Program-made: the position numbers and the translations under genes
Notes under the pieces: model-generated
Told to the model about the DNA's origin: nothing
Database searches by the model: none
Seen by the model: the letters and a program-made list of their open reading frames with translations, nothing else
Shown: positions 7,888-15,645 of the stretch, piece by piece
How positions within the stretch are numbered: the first letter of the stretch is position 1
Layout: every line of letters begins with the position of its first letter
Origin: Candidatus Undinarchaeales archaeon
Lineage (GTDB): Archaea > SpSt-1190 > JASMDC01
DNA length: 43,225 nucleotides
Assembly (NCBI GenBank): GCA_030753015.1
Contig: JASMDC010000030.1
Location: 1 to 43,225 of the forward strand
Direction: 5' to 3'

Positions 7888-9219
7888 CTATTTATCGAGC
7901 ACCTGCTCCGGATCGTCCATCATCTCGATGAACCAGAGCACGGCAGGAAGGTTGTTATCGACCACATCGTCGATGTCCTCCTCGTCGGGATTGAACTGCG
8001 TGAAGGTGTTGCCCCATCCGCCTCCGCCTTCCAGCTCGACGGTGTAGGCGAGCATCCCCTTGGAGTCCGCCCAGTCGGTGTACGTACCGCTGGCCAGGGC
8101 CGTCCGGCCGCCGTGCATCACGTCGTACGGGCGCTCCATGAGCTCGCGCATCCCATTGCCGATGGCGCGGTAAAGCTCCTCACGCTCGCCATCCTCGGTG
8201 GTGTAGTCGGGGGCGTACTGGTACTCGCCACCATAGGAATGAAACGCCAGCGTCCCCTTGAAATCATGCTCGGCCACGAACTCGGCCATGGCCGTGGTCT
8301 CCTGCTCGCTCATGGCCTCGGGACCACGGTAGGTCTGGTGCCAGTAATTGCCGCTGGCACCGGGCTTGCCCCAGGCCTCCGAGAAGTTACGGTTGAGGTC
8401 CACACCATGGAGCGAGGACGACCTTTCGGCCCAGTTCCCCTCCTCGACGAGCTCGCTGTTATCGCGGGCGTTCTTGCGGTGGTCCGAGTCACCGTACCGC
8501 CGCACCTGCTCGGCCACGATCATCCCGCCATCGGTATTGAAGCTCGGGATTATCCAGGTGTCCCGGCTGTCCACCAACTTTGTGATATAGGCGTCCTTGC
8601 CGTAGCCGTCGACCATCGTCTTGGCCACGTCGAGGGGCACCTCCACCGCGATGGCCTCCCGGGCATGGAACTGGCCGACAAGTAGCACCTCGGTCCGCGC
8701 CTCGCGGTCCTTCACGCGAGCGTCGCTGCCGATGCGTATGGCGTAGATCGGATTACCGAGTCCACTCTTCCCGATGACCTCGACATGAGCGAGGTCCGGT
8801 GCCTTCTTCTCGAGAGCGTACAGTTCCTCGGCGACCTCCTCGGGGACGTGGTACTTGCCCAGACCACCGTCCCTGAGAGGCGAATCGGTGGGTATACGCT
8901 GCCAGGAACGGACATACTGTCCCTGCTCGACATACTTATCAAGGGCATCGTCACGGTCATAAGCGCCCCCTTCAGCGGGGAGCACCATCTCCTTGGGAAG
9001 CCGTATCTCGTAGTCGCCGAGGTCGATCCGGTAGTCGTCTGCCAGCTCGTGCTCAAGCAGCTCTTGGTGGGCGGGAGGCGTCGTTGCCGGATGGTCCGCC
9101 GCGTACGCTATTGGTGCGATAGCGGTGATGGCCGTGGCACCGAGGAGGGCATAGGTGGTGGCACGCTTCACCACACGGGCGAGCACACCCTCACCATCGC
9201 CGTCCCCGGCTTCTTCCAC
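7888..9219 (-). CDS. Secreted M14-family zinc carboxypeptidase (carboxypeptidase T-like)
   Basis: HAREA (His/Glu Zn ligands), GVDLNRNF, YRGP..SEQE, FHSYG, YTVEL; signal peptide ending AYA; leader motif IDLGDYEIRLP. Confidence 0.9.
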   Translation of the reverse strand: MEEAGDGDGEGVLARVVKRATTYALLGATAITAIAPIAYAADHPATTPPAHQELLEHELADDYRIDLGDYEIRLPKEMVLPAEGGAYDRDDALDKYVEQGQYVRSWQRIPTDSPLRDGGLGKYHVPEEVAEELYALEKKAPDLAHVEVIGKSGLGNPIYAIRIGSDARVKDREARTEVLLVGQFHAREAIAVEVPLDVAKTMVDGYGKDAYITKLVDSRDTWIIPSFNTDGGMIVAEQVRRYGDSDHRKNARDNSELVEEGNWAERSSSLHGVDLNRNFSEAWGKPGASGNYWHQTYRGPEAMSEQETTAMAEFVAEHDFKGTLAFHSYGGEYQYAPDYTTEDGEREELYRAIGNGMRELMERPYDVMHGGRTALASGTYTDWADSKGMLAYTVELEGGGGWGNTFTQFNPDEEDIDDVVDNNLPAVLWFIEMMDDPEQVLDK

Positions 9220-9263
9220 GGCCTAAGTCCCCTGTTTCCCTTTGATCCCCTTTCTAATCGGAC

Positions 9264-10964
9264 TTACTCGTCGTCCCAGAAGGTCTCGAGCTCGTCGGTC
9301 TTGTTGGTGACCACCCACTCGTTCGGCGAGACCTCTTCAAGGTGGTACCCGTTCTTGCCGAACCGGGATACCTCCACCTTGTCCTTGCCGTCATCCAGCT
9401 TCCAGATCTCTTTCTCTCCCATAGCCTTGATGCTTTTGAGCACGGGGATGAAGTCCTTGATGCGGCGCTTGTGCGTGAGGTCGACGGCCTCCTCCTCGGG
9501 GCCGTTGTGCTTGATGTACAGATCGCCCTCGTTGAAGGCGACAGCATAGTGGTTGTCGTCCTCCTTGACGATCTTACCCTGAGAACCCTTGAAGGACACC
9601 TCCCAGCCGGAGTCGAAGATGTAACTGTCACCATCGTGGATGAAGGCAGTGCCCTCGATGGTGGTCTTGACCTCGGGCTTCTCGTGGTAGAGCGAGAAGA
9701 GGAAGTTGGAACCCACCCAGAGGGCGGCGCCGGCGGCGGCCACGGGCACGCTGGAGACAGGCCACGCCTTGGTGGCGGCCACGGTCCCCGAGTAGGTTCC
9801 CAGGTAGACGCCGCTGCCGATGGACGACTCCACGCCCATGATCTGCCAGAAGTTCTCCGAGTAGTCGTCGTGCTCGTGCTCCTTCTTGTTGATGATCTGA
9901 TCGTGGATGGCTAAGTTGGCCTTACCGCTCATTGTACCGGAGATGGCGCTGGCCACGGTGGCCGCGCCGTAGATGCCGATGAACGCGTAACCGGGGTTCT
10001 CCCCTAAGTGCTTGAGGATGTCCGGGTGGAGCCCAAAGTAGCTGGCGCCGGTAACGGTGCCCAGCCCGGCCACGTAGAGATTGACCTTCTTTAGTTCCTC
10101 CATAGGTTTCTCGGAGTTGACGGCGTTGTCGACGACGCTTCCAAGGAAGCTCTCGCCGATAATGCCAAGGGCGGGGCTGCCGATGTTGCCGATGGAGGTG
10201 ATGGTTGAGGCGATGCCGTAAGCAGCACCCTGCTCCCACAGCTTGGGGGTGATGACGCCCAGGAGCATGGCCGCACCGACGTTCCCCATAAGGTCGCCGA
10301 CCTTAAGGACGGCGTACTCAGGGTCCTCCTTGAACAGACGGTAAAAGACCTTGAACTTGTCCATGAAGGACTTCTCGTCCATCTGGTACATCTCGAGGGA
10401 GAGATCGTCAGGGATGCCGAAGAAGCTCTTGAAGTCCTCGTTGAAACCGAACTCCTCGAACTCAACGGTCTCTTTGAGATTGAAACCGTTCCCCTTGAGG
10501 TACTCCTTGAGGCCAGGGTCAGCGTCATCGGGGACCGGCAGTTTCTTGAGGCCGATTAGAGAGCCGAAGAACTTGCCCTCCCCCCGCTCGGTGATGACCT
10601 CCGTACGGTAGGCCATGGCCGGGTGGAAGGCGGGATCCTTTACGTCATACGCCGTAAAGACCGCATCCTTACCGGCGGCCGCAGCGACGCGGTAGGCGTC
10701 CACGTGCATGCCCTCCTCGTCGGTGTGGTACACCACGGAGAACCGCGCACCGTCGTACCCGGCGTTCACCAGGTCCATGTACTGGTCCTCCAGCCCGAAG
10801 TTGGCCTTCGCGAACTCGAGATTGTTCGGGTTCAGCTGGAACTCGTCGTACTGCGCTCCCGCTACGAAGAGCGGATTCGCGTCGAGCTTGCGTGTAAGAA
10901 TCTCAGAGGCAGTGTTGTTCTCCTCTTGGAAATCCTCTTCGGCGAGGACTGCTGCATCATACAT
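9264..10964 (-). CDS. Hypothetical protein with a central multi-helix hydrophobic region and acidic soluble termini
   Basis: Long ORF with host codon usage; likely start ATG 10964 (about 26 nt from the minus-strand TTTTTAAA box) or 10982; several Gly/Ala-rich hydrophobic helices in the middle. Confidence 0.8.
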   Translation of the reverse strand: MYDAAVLAEEDFQEENNTASEILTRKLDANPLFVAGAQYDEFQLNPNNLEFAKANFGLEDQYMDLVNAGYDGARFSVVYHTDEEGMHVDAYRVAAAAGKDAVFTAYDVKDPAFHPAMAYRTEVITERGEGKFFGSLIGLKKLPVPDDADPGLKEYLKGNGFNLKETVEFEEFGFNEDFKSFFGIPDDLSLEMYQMDEKSFMDKFKVFYRLFKEDPEYAVLKVGDLMGNVGAAMLLGVITPKLWEQGAAYGIASTITSIGNIGSPALGIIGESFLGSVVDNAVNSEKPMEELKKVNLYVAGLGTVTGASYFGLHPDILKHLGENPGYAFIGIYGAATVASAISGTMSGKANLAIHDQIINKKEHEHDDYSENFWQIMGVESSIGSGVYLGTYSGTVAATKAWPVSSVPVAAAGAALWVGSNFLFSLYHEKPEVKTTIEGTAFIHDGDSYIFDSGWEVSFKGSQGKIVKEDDNHYAVAFNEGDLYIKHNGPEEEAVDLTHKRRIKDFIPVLKSIKAMGEKEIWKLDDGKDKVEVSRFGKNGYHLEEVSPNEWVVTNKTDELETFWDDE

Positions 10965-10987
10965 GAAGCCAACGGGCGCCATCGTCG

Positions 10988-11004
10988 GTTTAAAAAAGGT
11001 TTTC
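10988..11004 (-). promoter_or_regulatory. Archaeal BRE/TATA promoter
   Basis: Minus strand GAAAACCTTTTTTAAAC upstream of ATG 10964. Confidence 0.6.
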
Positions 11005-11277
11005 CTACGCGAACCGGAAAACTCGTGTGTTACTACCCTTGAGACACGTCACAAATCAAGAAAAGGAAGGGCATTTCCACCAGAGATAGGGTGGTTCACG
11101 AAAATACGGTCTGGATCGGAATGCCGTGTCACCGCCGAGTAGGAACACAAGCCAGGTCAAGTATCATCACAGAACGGGCCCGCAGGACTCCGCTCCGGGT
11201 TAAGAATTATTTCAATTATCCTTGAATGGTTGGACCATAAGGAGTATGAGAGGCGTTTCAAATACTAGAGAAGGTAT

Positions 11278-13746
11278 CTAGGCAGCCGCCTCGGCGCCCT
11301 CAGGTGTACCCTCGCCTGACGTCTCGCCCTCGTCCTCTTTCTTCGTGATCTGGAAGTGGAAGAGCGATCGCGTCGACTGCCAGCGGATTCCGCTCTGCAT
11401 CCCCTGGTACATGTGGAAGGCCTCGGTCTGGTACTCGATGAAGGGATCCTTCTGTGCGTAAGCCCGGAGGTGGACACCGCGCTTCATCTCGTCCATGCCC
11501 AGAAGGTGATCCTTCCATGACATGTCTGCGGCGTGCAGGAGGACCTGTCGCTCCACCTGCCCGATTATCTCCGCCCCGACCTCAGCCTCCCGCTCGTGGT
11601 AGCGTTTCATGGCCTCGTTCGTGAGGTTCTCGGTCAGCTCGTCGGCGTTCTTGACCGAGCCAACGTTCAGGTCGGCCACGTCGATGCCGAAGACGGCCTG
11701 GCAGTTGTAGGTGAACTGCTTCTCGAGGAACTCGTTCTCCCACTGATGGGGCTTGGGGCCCTCAGCGGTGAAACTCTCAACTACTTCCTCTGCCGTCCGC
11801 TCGATGACGTTGTACACGTCCTGCTTCAGGTCAGGCCGCTCAAGGATTACGTTGCGGTCGTCGTAGAATATCCCTCGCTGTGTGTTCATGACCTCGTCGT
11901 ACTTCAGCAGGTTCTTGCGCATCTCGAAGTGCATGCCCTCGACCTTCACCTGCGCCTGTCGGACGACCTTGTCGATGAGCTTGCCCGATAGCGGCTCGTC
12001 CTTGTGGACCCCCGAGAAGAACTTATCAATCTTCTCCGGCCCGTAGAACCGCAGCAGCTCGTCCTCAGCGGACAGGTAGAACCGACAGGAACCGGGATCC
12101 CCCTGGCGGCCCTCACGTCCCAGGAGCTGGTCGTCGATGCGACGTGAGTCATGACGCTCGGTACCGATCACATGGAGACCTCCGATGTCGGCCACGCCCT
12201 CACCGAGCTTGATATCGGTACCGCGACCGGCCATGTTCGTGGCCACGGTCACAGCACCCTTCTGCCCGGCCTGGGCGATGATATCGGCCTCCTGCTTGTG
12301 GTGCTTGGCATGAAGCACCTGGTGGTCGATGCCACGGGCGATGAGCATATCGCTAAGGTGCTCGGACACATCGATGGAACGGGTGCCCACGAGCACGGGG
12401 CGGCCTGCCTCGTGCTGGGCCACGATGTCGTCGACGATCGCGTCGTACTTCTCCTCCGCGGTGCGGTATATCAGGTCCTGCTGGATGTCGCGCTGCATGG
12501 GCTCGTTCGTGGGGACCTGGACGACGTCCATGCCGTAAAGGGAGATGAACTCGCCCTCCTCGGTCTTTGCGGTCCCGGTCATGCCCGAGACGCGGTCGTA
12601 CATCCTGAAGAAGTTTGGGAACGTGATGGAGGCGTAGGTCTGGGAGGGCTCGCGGACCTTCATGTCGGTCTTACCGGTCGCCAGCATGTCGTTGTTGGCC
12701 TCTTTCGCCTCCAGGGCCTCGTGGAGCCCGGCCTCGTATCGCCTGCCGTGCATGAGGCGCCCGGTGAACTCGTCGACGATGAGCAGCTCGCCGTCGGAGA
12801 CCACGTAGTTCTTGTCCTTGGTGAAGAGAGAGTGTGCGGCGATGCACTGGCGTGCTGAGTGATAGAGGTGCATGGTCCGCTCGTCCGTGGGCGAGTCCAC
12901 TCCGAGGGCCTTGGCCAGCTTGTCATCCCCCCGCTCGGTGAAGAAGGCGAGATGGTCCTTCTCGTGCACCTCGTAGTCGCGCCCGGGCTCGAAGTCGCGG
13001 ACGATACGGTCCATGATGAGGTACTCGCGGGCCGTAGTGCCGGTGCGTCCGGAGATGATAAGAGGCGTCCTGCCCTCGTCGATGAGGATGGAGTCCACCT
13101 CGTCGATGATGGCGTAGTGCATGCCCCGCATGACCCGATCCTCGGGTCGCCGGACCATGTTGTCTTTGAGGTGGTCGAACCCGAACTCGTTGTTCGTCCC
13201 GTAGGTGATGTCCGCCTGGTAGGCGGCCTTGCGGTCCTCGGGGGACTCGTCATGCTGGATGCATCCCACCGACATCCCCATGAACTCATAGATGGGGGCC
13301 ATCTCCTCGGCATCGCGGCCGGCCAGGTAGTCGTTGACGGTGATGACGTGGACGCCCTTGCCCTCAATGGCATGGAGGTAGGCCGGGAGTGTCGCGACCA
13401 GAGTCTTGCCCTCGCCTGTCTGCATCTCGGCGATACGCCCTTCGTGAAGGACCACACCTCCCTTGATCTGGACATCGTAGTGGCGCATCCCGGTAACGCG
13501 GTTGCTTGCCTCGCGCACGGCGGCATAGGCTTCGGGCATGAGGTCGTCCAGGCTCTCGCCGGCAGAATAACGGTCCCGGAACTCGTCGGTTTTTCCCGCA
13601 AGCTCGTCATCGGAGAGGGTAGTCATCTCATCAGCGTAGCTGTTGACCTCCTCGACGATGCCGTCCAGGCGCTGCCGCTCGCGGTGGTTGTACGAGAAGA
13701 AGGACTTCACTCCGTCGTATAATCGATCGAGCAGCCCGTCCTCCAT
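11278..13746 (-). CDS. secA: Protein translocase ATPase SecA (no C-terminal Zn-binding motif)
   Basis: MRHYDVQ, AEMQTGEGKTL (Walker A), VTVNDYLA-like, YGTNNEFGFD, IIDEVDSILIDEGRTPLIISG, GMTGTAKTE, ATNMAGRGTDI, GTERHDSRRIDDQL.GR.GRQGDPG, YAQKDP. Confidence 0.97.
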   Translation of the reverse strand: MEDGLLDRLYDGVKSFFSYNHRERQRLDGIVEEVNSYADEMTTLSDDELAGKTDEFRDRYSAGESLDDLMPEAYAAVREASNRVTGMRHYDVQIKGGVVLHEGRIAEMQTGEGKTLVATLPAYLHAIEGKGVHVITVNDYLAGRDAEEMAPIYEFMGMSVGCIQHDESPEDRKAAYQADITYGTNNEFGFDHLKDNMVRRPEDRVMRGMHYAIIDEVDSILIDEGRTPLIISGRTGTTAREYLIMDRIVRDFEPGRDYEVHEKDHLAFFTERGDDKLAKALGVDSPTDERTMHLYHSARQCIAAHSLFTKDKNYVVSDGELLIVDEFTGRLMHGRRYEAGLHEALEAKEANNDMLATGKTDMKVREPSQTYASITFPNFFRMYDRVSGMTGTAKTEEGEFISLYGMDVVQVPTNEPMQRDIQQDLIYRTAEEKYDAIVDDIVAQHEAGRPVLVGTRSIDVSEHLSDMLIARGIDHQVLHAKHHKQEADIIAQAGQKGAVTVATNMAGRGTDIKLGEGVADIGGLHVIGTERHDSRRIDDQLLGREGRQGDPGSCRFYLSAEDELLRFYGPEKIDKFFSGVHKDEPLSGKLIDKVVRQAQVKVEGMHFEMRKNLLKYDEVMNTQRGIFYDDRNVILERPDLKQDVYNVIERTAEEVVESFTAEGPKPHQWENEFLEKQFTYNCQAVFGIDVADLNVGSVKNADELTENLTNEAMKRYHEREAEVGAEIIGQVERQVLLHAADMSWKDHLLGMDEMKRGVHLRAYAQKDPFIEYQTEAFHMYQGMQSGIRWQSTRSLFHFQITKKEDEGETSGEGTPEGAEAAA

Positions 13747-13770
13747 CAAGTTGGCCTCGGCCCCGTACGG

Positions 13771-13786
13771 CCTTAATAAAGGTTTC
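13771..13786 (-). promoter_or_regulatory. Archaeal BRE/TATA promoter of secA
   Basis: Minus strand GAAACCTTTATTAAGG about 27 nt upstream of the secA ATG; no SD visible. Confidence 0.7.
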
Positions 13787-13821
13787 TCTGCGCGGGACTG
13801 GAAAACGGCATACGTAGGCCC

Positions 13822-15645
13822 TCAGCATGCCTCGATGCGGGTCACGTACTCGTACCCCTTACTGGTGTGCACGGGGATGAGCGGGTACATCTCGACAGGC
13901 ACCTCGGTATCGCCCCGCACACGCACGACCTGGCCACGTGAGCGCACTTTGTACGCGGGCCGGTCGGCCGTATCGGTCGTGGCATGCGCGAGGAGAAGAT
14001 ACATGCCGGCGTCAACCTCGTGGAACTCGTACGTGCCCTCCTCGTCGGCGACCACGGTGACTGTTGAGCCCGGATAGCCATCCAGGGGCACCATGTGAAG
14101 GCGGATGGCACGAGGCGGTACACCGTCCACATAGGTGAGTGTTCGCTCGCCCACCGCTTTCGTACGCTGATCACCGGTGCACGATATCCTGTCTTTGACG
14201 TACACACGGCCATGCACGCGGCCCTTGGTACCCAGTTCGACATCCTTTGTGAGATGGCCTGACACCTCGACACGCTCGATGAGCCGACCGAGTCCGGGCG
14301 GGCGACTTGCCTCCACGATAAGTGTGTGCTCGCCACAGGGCACCTTTTTCCGCTCAAGGCGCCCTCCCTCGAAGGGATGGAGACAGGTGTCCAGCCACGC
14401 TTGACCGTCCACGGGAGCGTTCCCAGGTCCGGTGATGGTGAGCTCAAGATCGCAACCACCGGTCCCGCACAGGTCATCCACGGTCACCGGATGCTCCTGG
14501 CCGAACCGGGCGTAGGGGTCCACGCCTGTGAGGTAGGACTCGAGCACGAAGGCGAACTCCAGCGGTCGTCCCTCGGTCCGGACGCCCATTGCCACCGGTT
14601 TAAGGTCACGTAGGACCATCATCACGTCATACTGGGCGGTGTAGCTCACGTTGTACCGGCTGAGGCAGACTGGTTCATCGGCATCACGTCGGTCGATGAA
14701 CGGGAACGGTACCGGCACGTACTCCACATGCTTCGTGCTCTCCTGCTCGGTACGGGGATTGGCCAGCAGGGTCATGTCGACACGCTCGCGCACCATCTCC
14801 ATGGACCACTCGATATCCGGCTCGTCCTTTGAAGCACTGCGCTGCCGCTGGAGCTCCTTGGCCACCGACAGTTGTGCGTTCTCCACGAAGGGCCGGGCCA
14901 TGTCACGCTTGGTGGCGATGATACGCTGCTTCCGGCACGCCATGGTCTCTCCGATGCCGCCGGGCGGGCTGGGGATACGGTCGTCATTGATCATGCCCGA
15001 GAGGAGATTGCGCTCCATGTACCGCTCCTTCTCGTACATCTCGAGATAGGCCTTTGCCCGGGACCACAGGGTTCGAAGACGCAGTGGGAGGGTGATGGTC
15101 ATATCCTCCACCGACCGTGTCGCCTCCTCGTCCCCCTCGAGGTGATATGTGAGCTCGAGCGTCGCCTCGACTCCCTCTTCCTGCAGCTTCGCTGTGACCC
15201 GTGGTGCGCCGAAGACGACCTGGGCCTTTTCGCCTGCACGGATCGCCTCGAGGCGCGGGGTCAGCCGCCGTGTCGCCTCCTGTGAGAGGAGGCCCTCCAT
15301 GACCTGTACCGTGGGGAAGAGCACCATGCGGCCCTTCTGGAGATAGACGGGGCGCTTGACCACCACAGGACCCGGGAGCGAGTTGGTGGTGTAGCCGCCG
15401 CGCCGTCCCAGCTCATACACGGACTCCTCCACGGAGTCGCGGAGGGCGCTCTCGATGATTTCCGAGAGGTCACGCAGACGGTCCACGGTCGCTCTCGTCT
15501 CCCCCGCTTCGGCCCGGACCGTGCGGTCGGTCCGGCTCCCACGCAGGACGTAGGATACGATCACAAGAACAACGAGGGCGATAGCGATTAGCCCGAAGAG
15601 GCTTACCTGACCACGTCCACGGCCCAACACAATCCGGCCGCGCAT
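13822..15645 (-). CDS. Large prepilin-like protein with a class III signal peptide and C-terminal beta-sandwich domains
   Basis: GRGRG|QVSLFGLIAIALVVLVIV; YELGRRGGY segment reminiscent of DPANN pilin-like proteins; C-terminal ADEEGTYEF..V.AG.Y carboxypeptidase-regulatory-like repeat; TGATG overlap with the upstream gene. Confidence 0.7.
   Translation of the reverse strand: MRGRIVLGRGRGQVSLFGLIAIALVVLVIVSYVLRGSRTDRTVRAEAGETRATVDRLRDLSEIIESALRDSVEESVYELGRRGGYTTNSLPGPVVVKRPVYLQKGRMVLFPTVQVMEGLLSQEATRRLTPRLEAIRAGEKAQVVFGAPRVTAKLQEEGVEATLELTYHLEGDEEATRSVEDMTITLPLRLRTLWSRAKAYLEMYEKERYMERNLLSGMINDDRIPSPPGGIGETMACRKQRIIATKRDMARPFVENAQLSVAKELQRQRSASKDEPDIEWSMEMVRERVDMTLLANPRTEQESTKHVEYVPVPFPFIDRRDADEPVCLSRYNVSYTAQYDVMMVLRDLKPVAMGVRTEGRPLEFAFVLESYLTGVDPYARFGQEHPVTVDDLCGTGGCDLELTITGPGNAPVDGQAWLDTCLHPFEGGRLERKKVPCGEHTLIVEASRPPGLGRLIERVEVSGHLTKDVELGTKGRVHGRVYVKDRISCTGDQRTKAVGERTLTYVDGVPPRAIRLHMVPLDGYPGSTVTVVADEEGTYEFHEVDAGMYLLLAHATTDTADRPAYKVRSRGQVVRVRGDTEVPVEMYPLIPVHTSKGYEYVTRIEAC

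Noticed and set aside
11005-11277. ~270-bp intergenic region after secA as a possible ncRNA or tRNA
   Set aside because: No cloverleaf or convincing stable structure seen; only a covariance-model search could support it.
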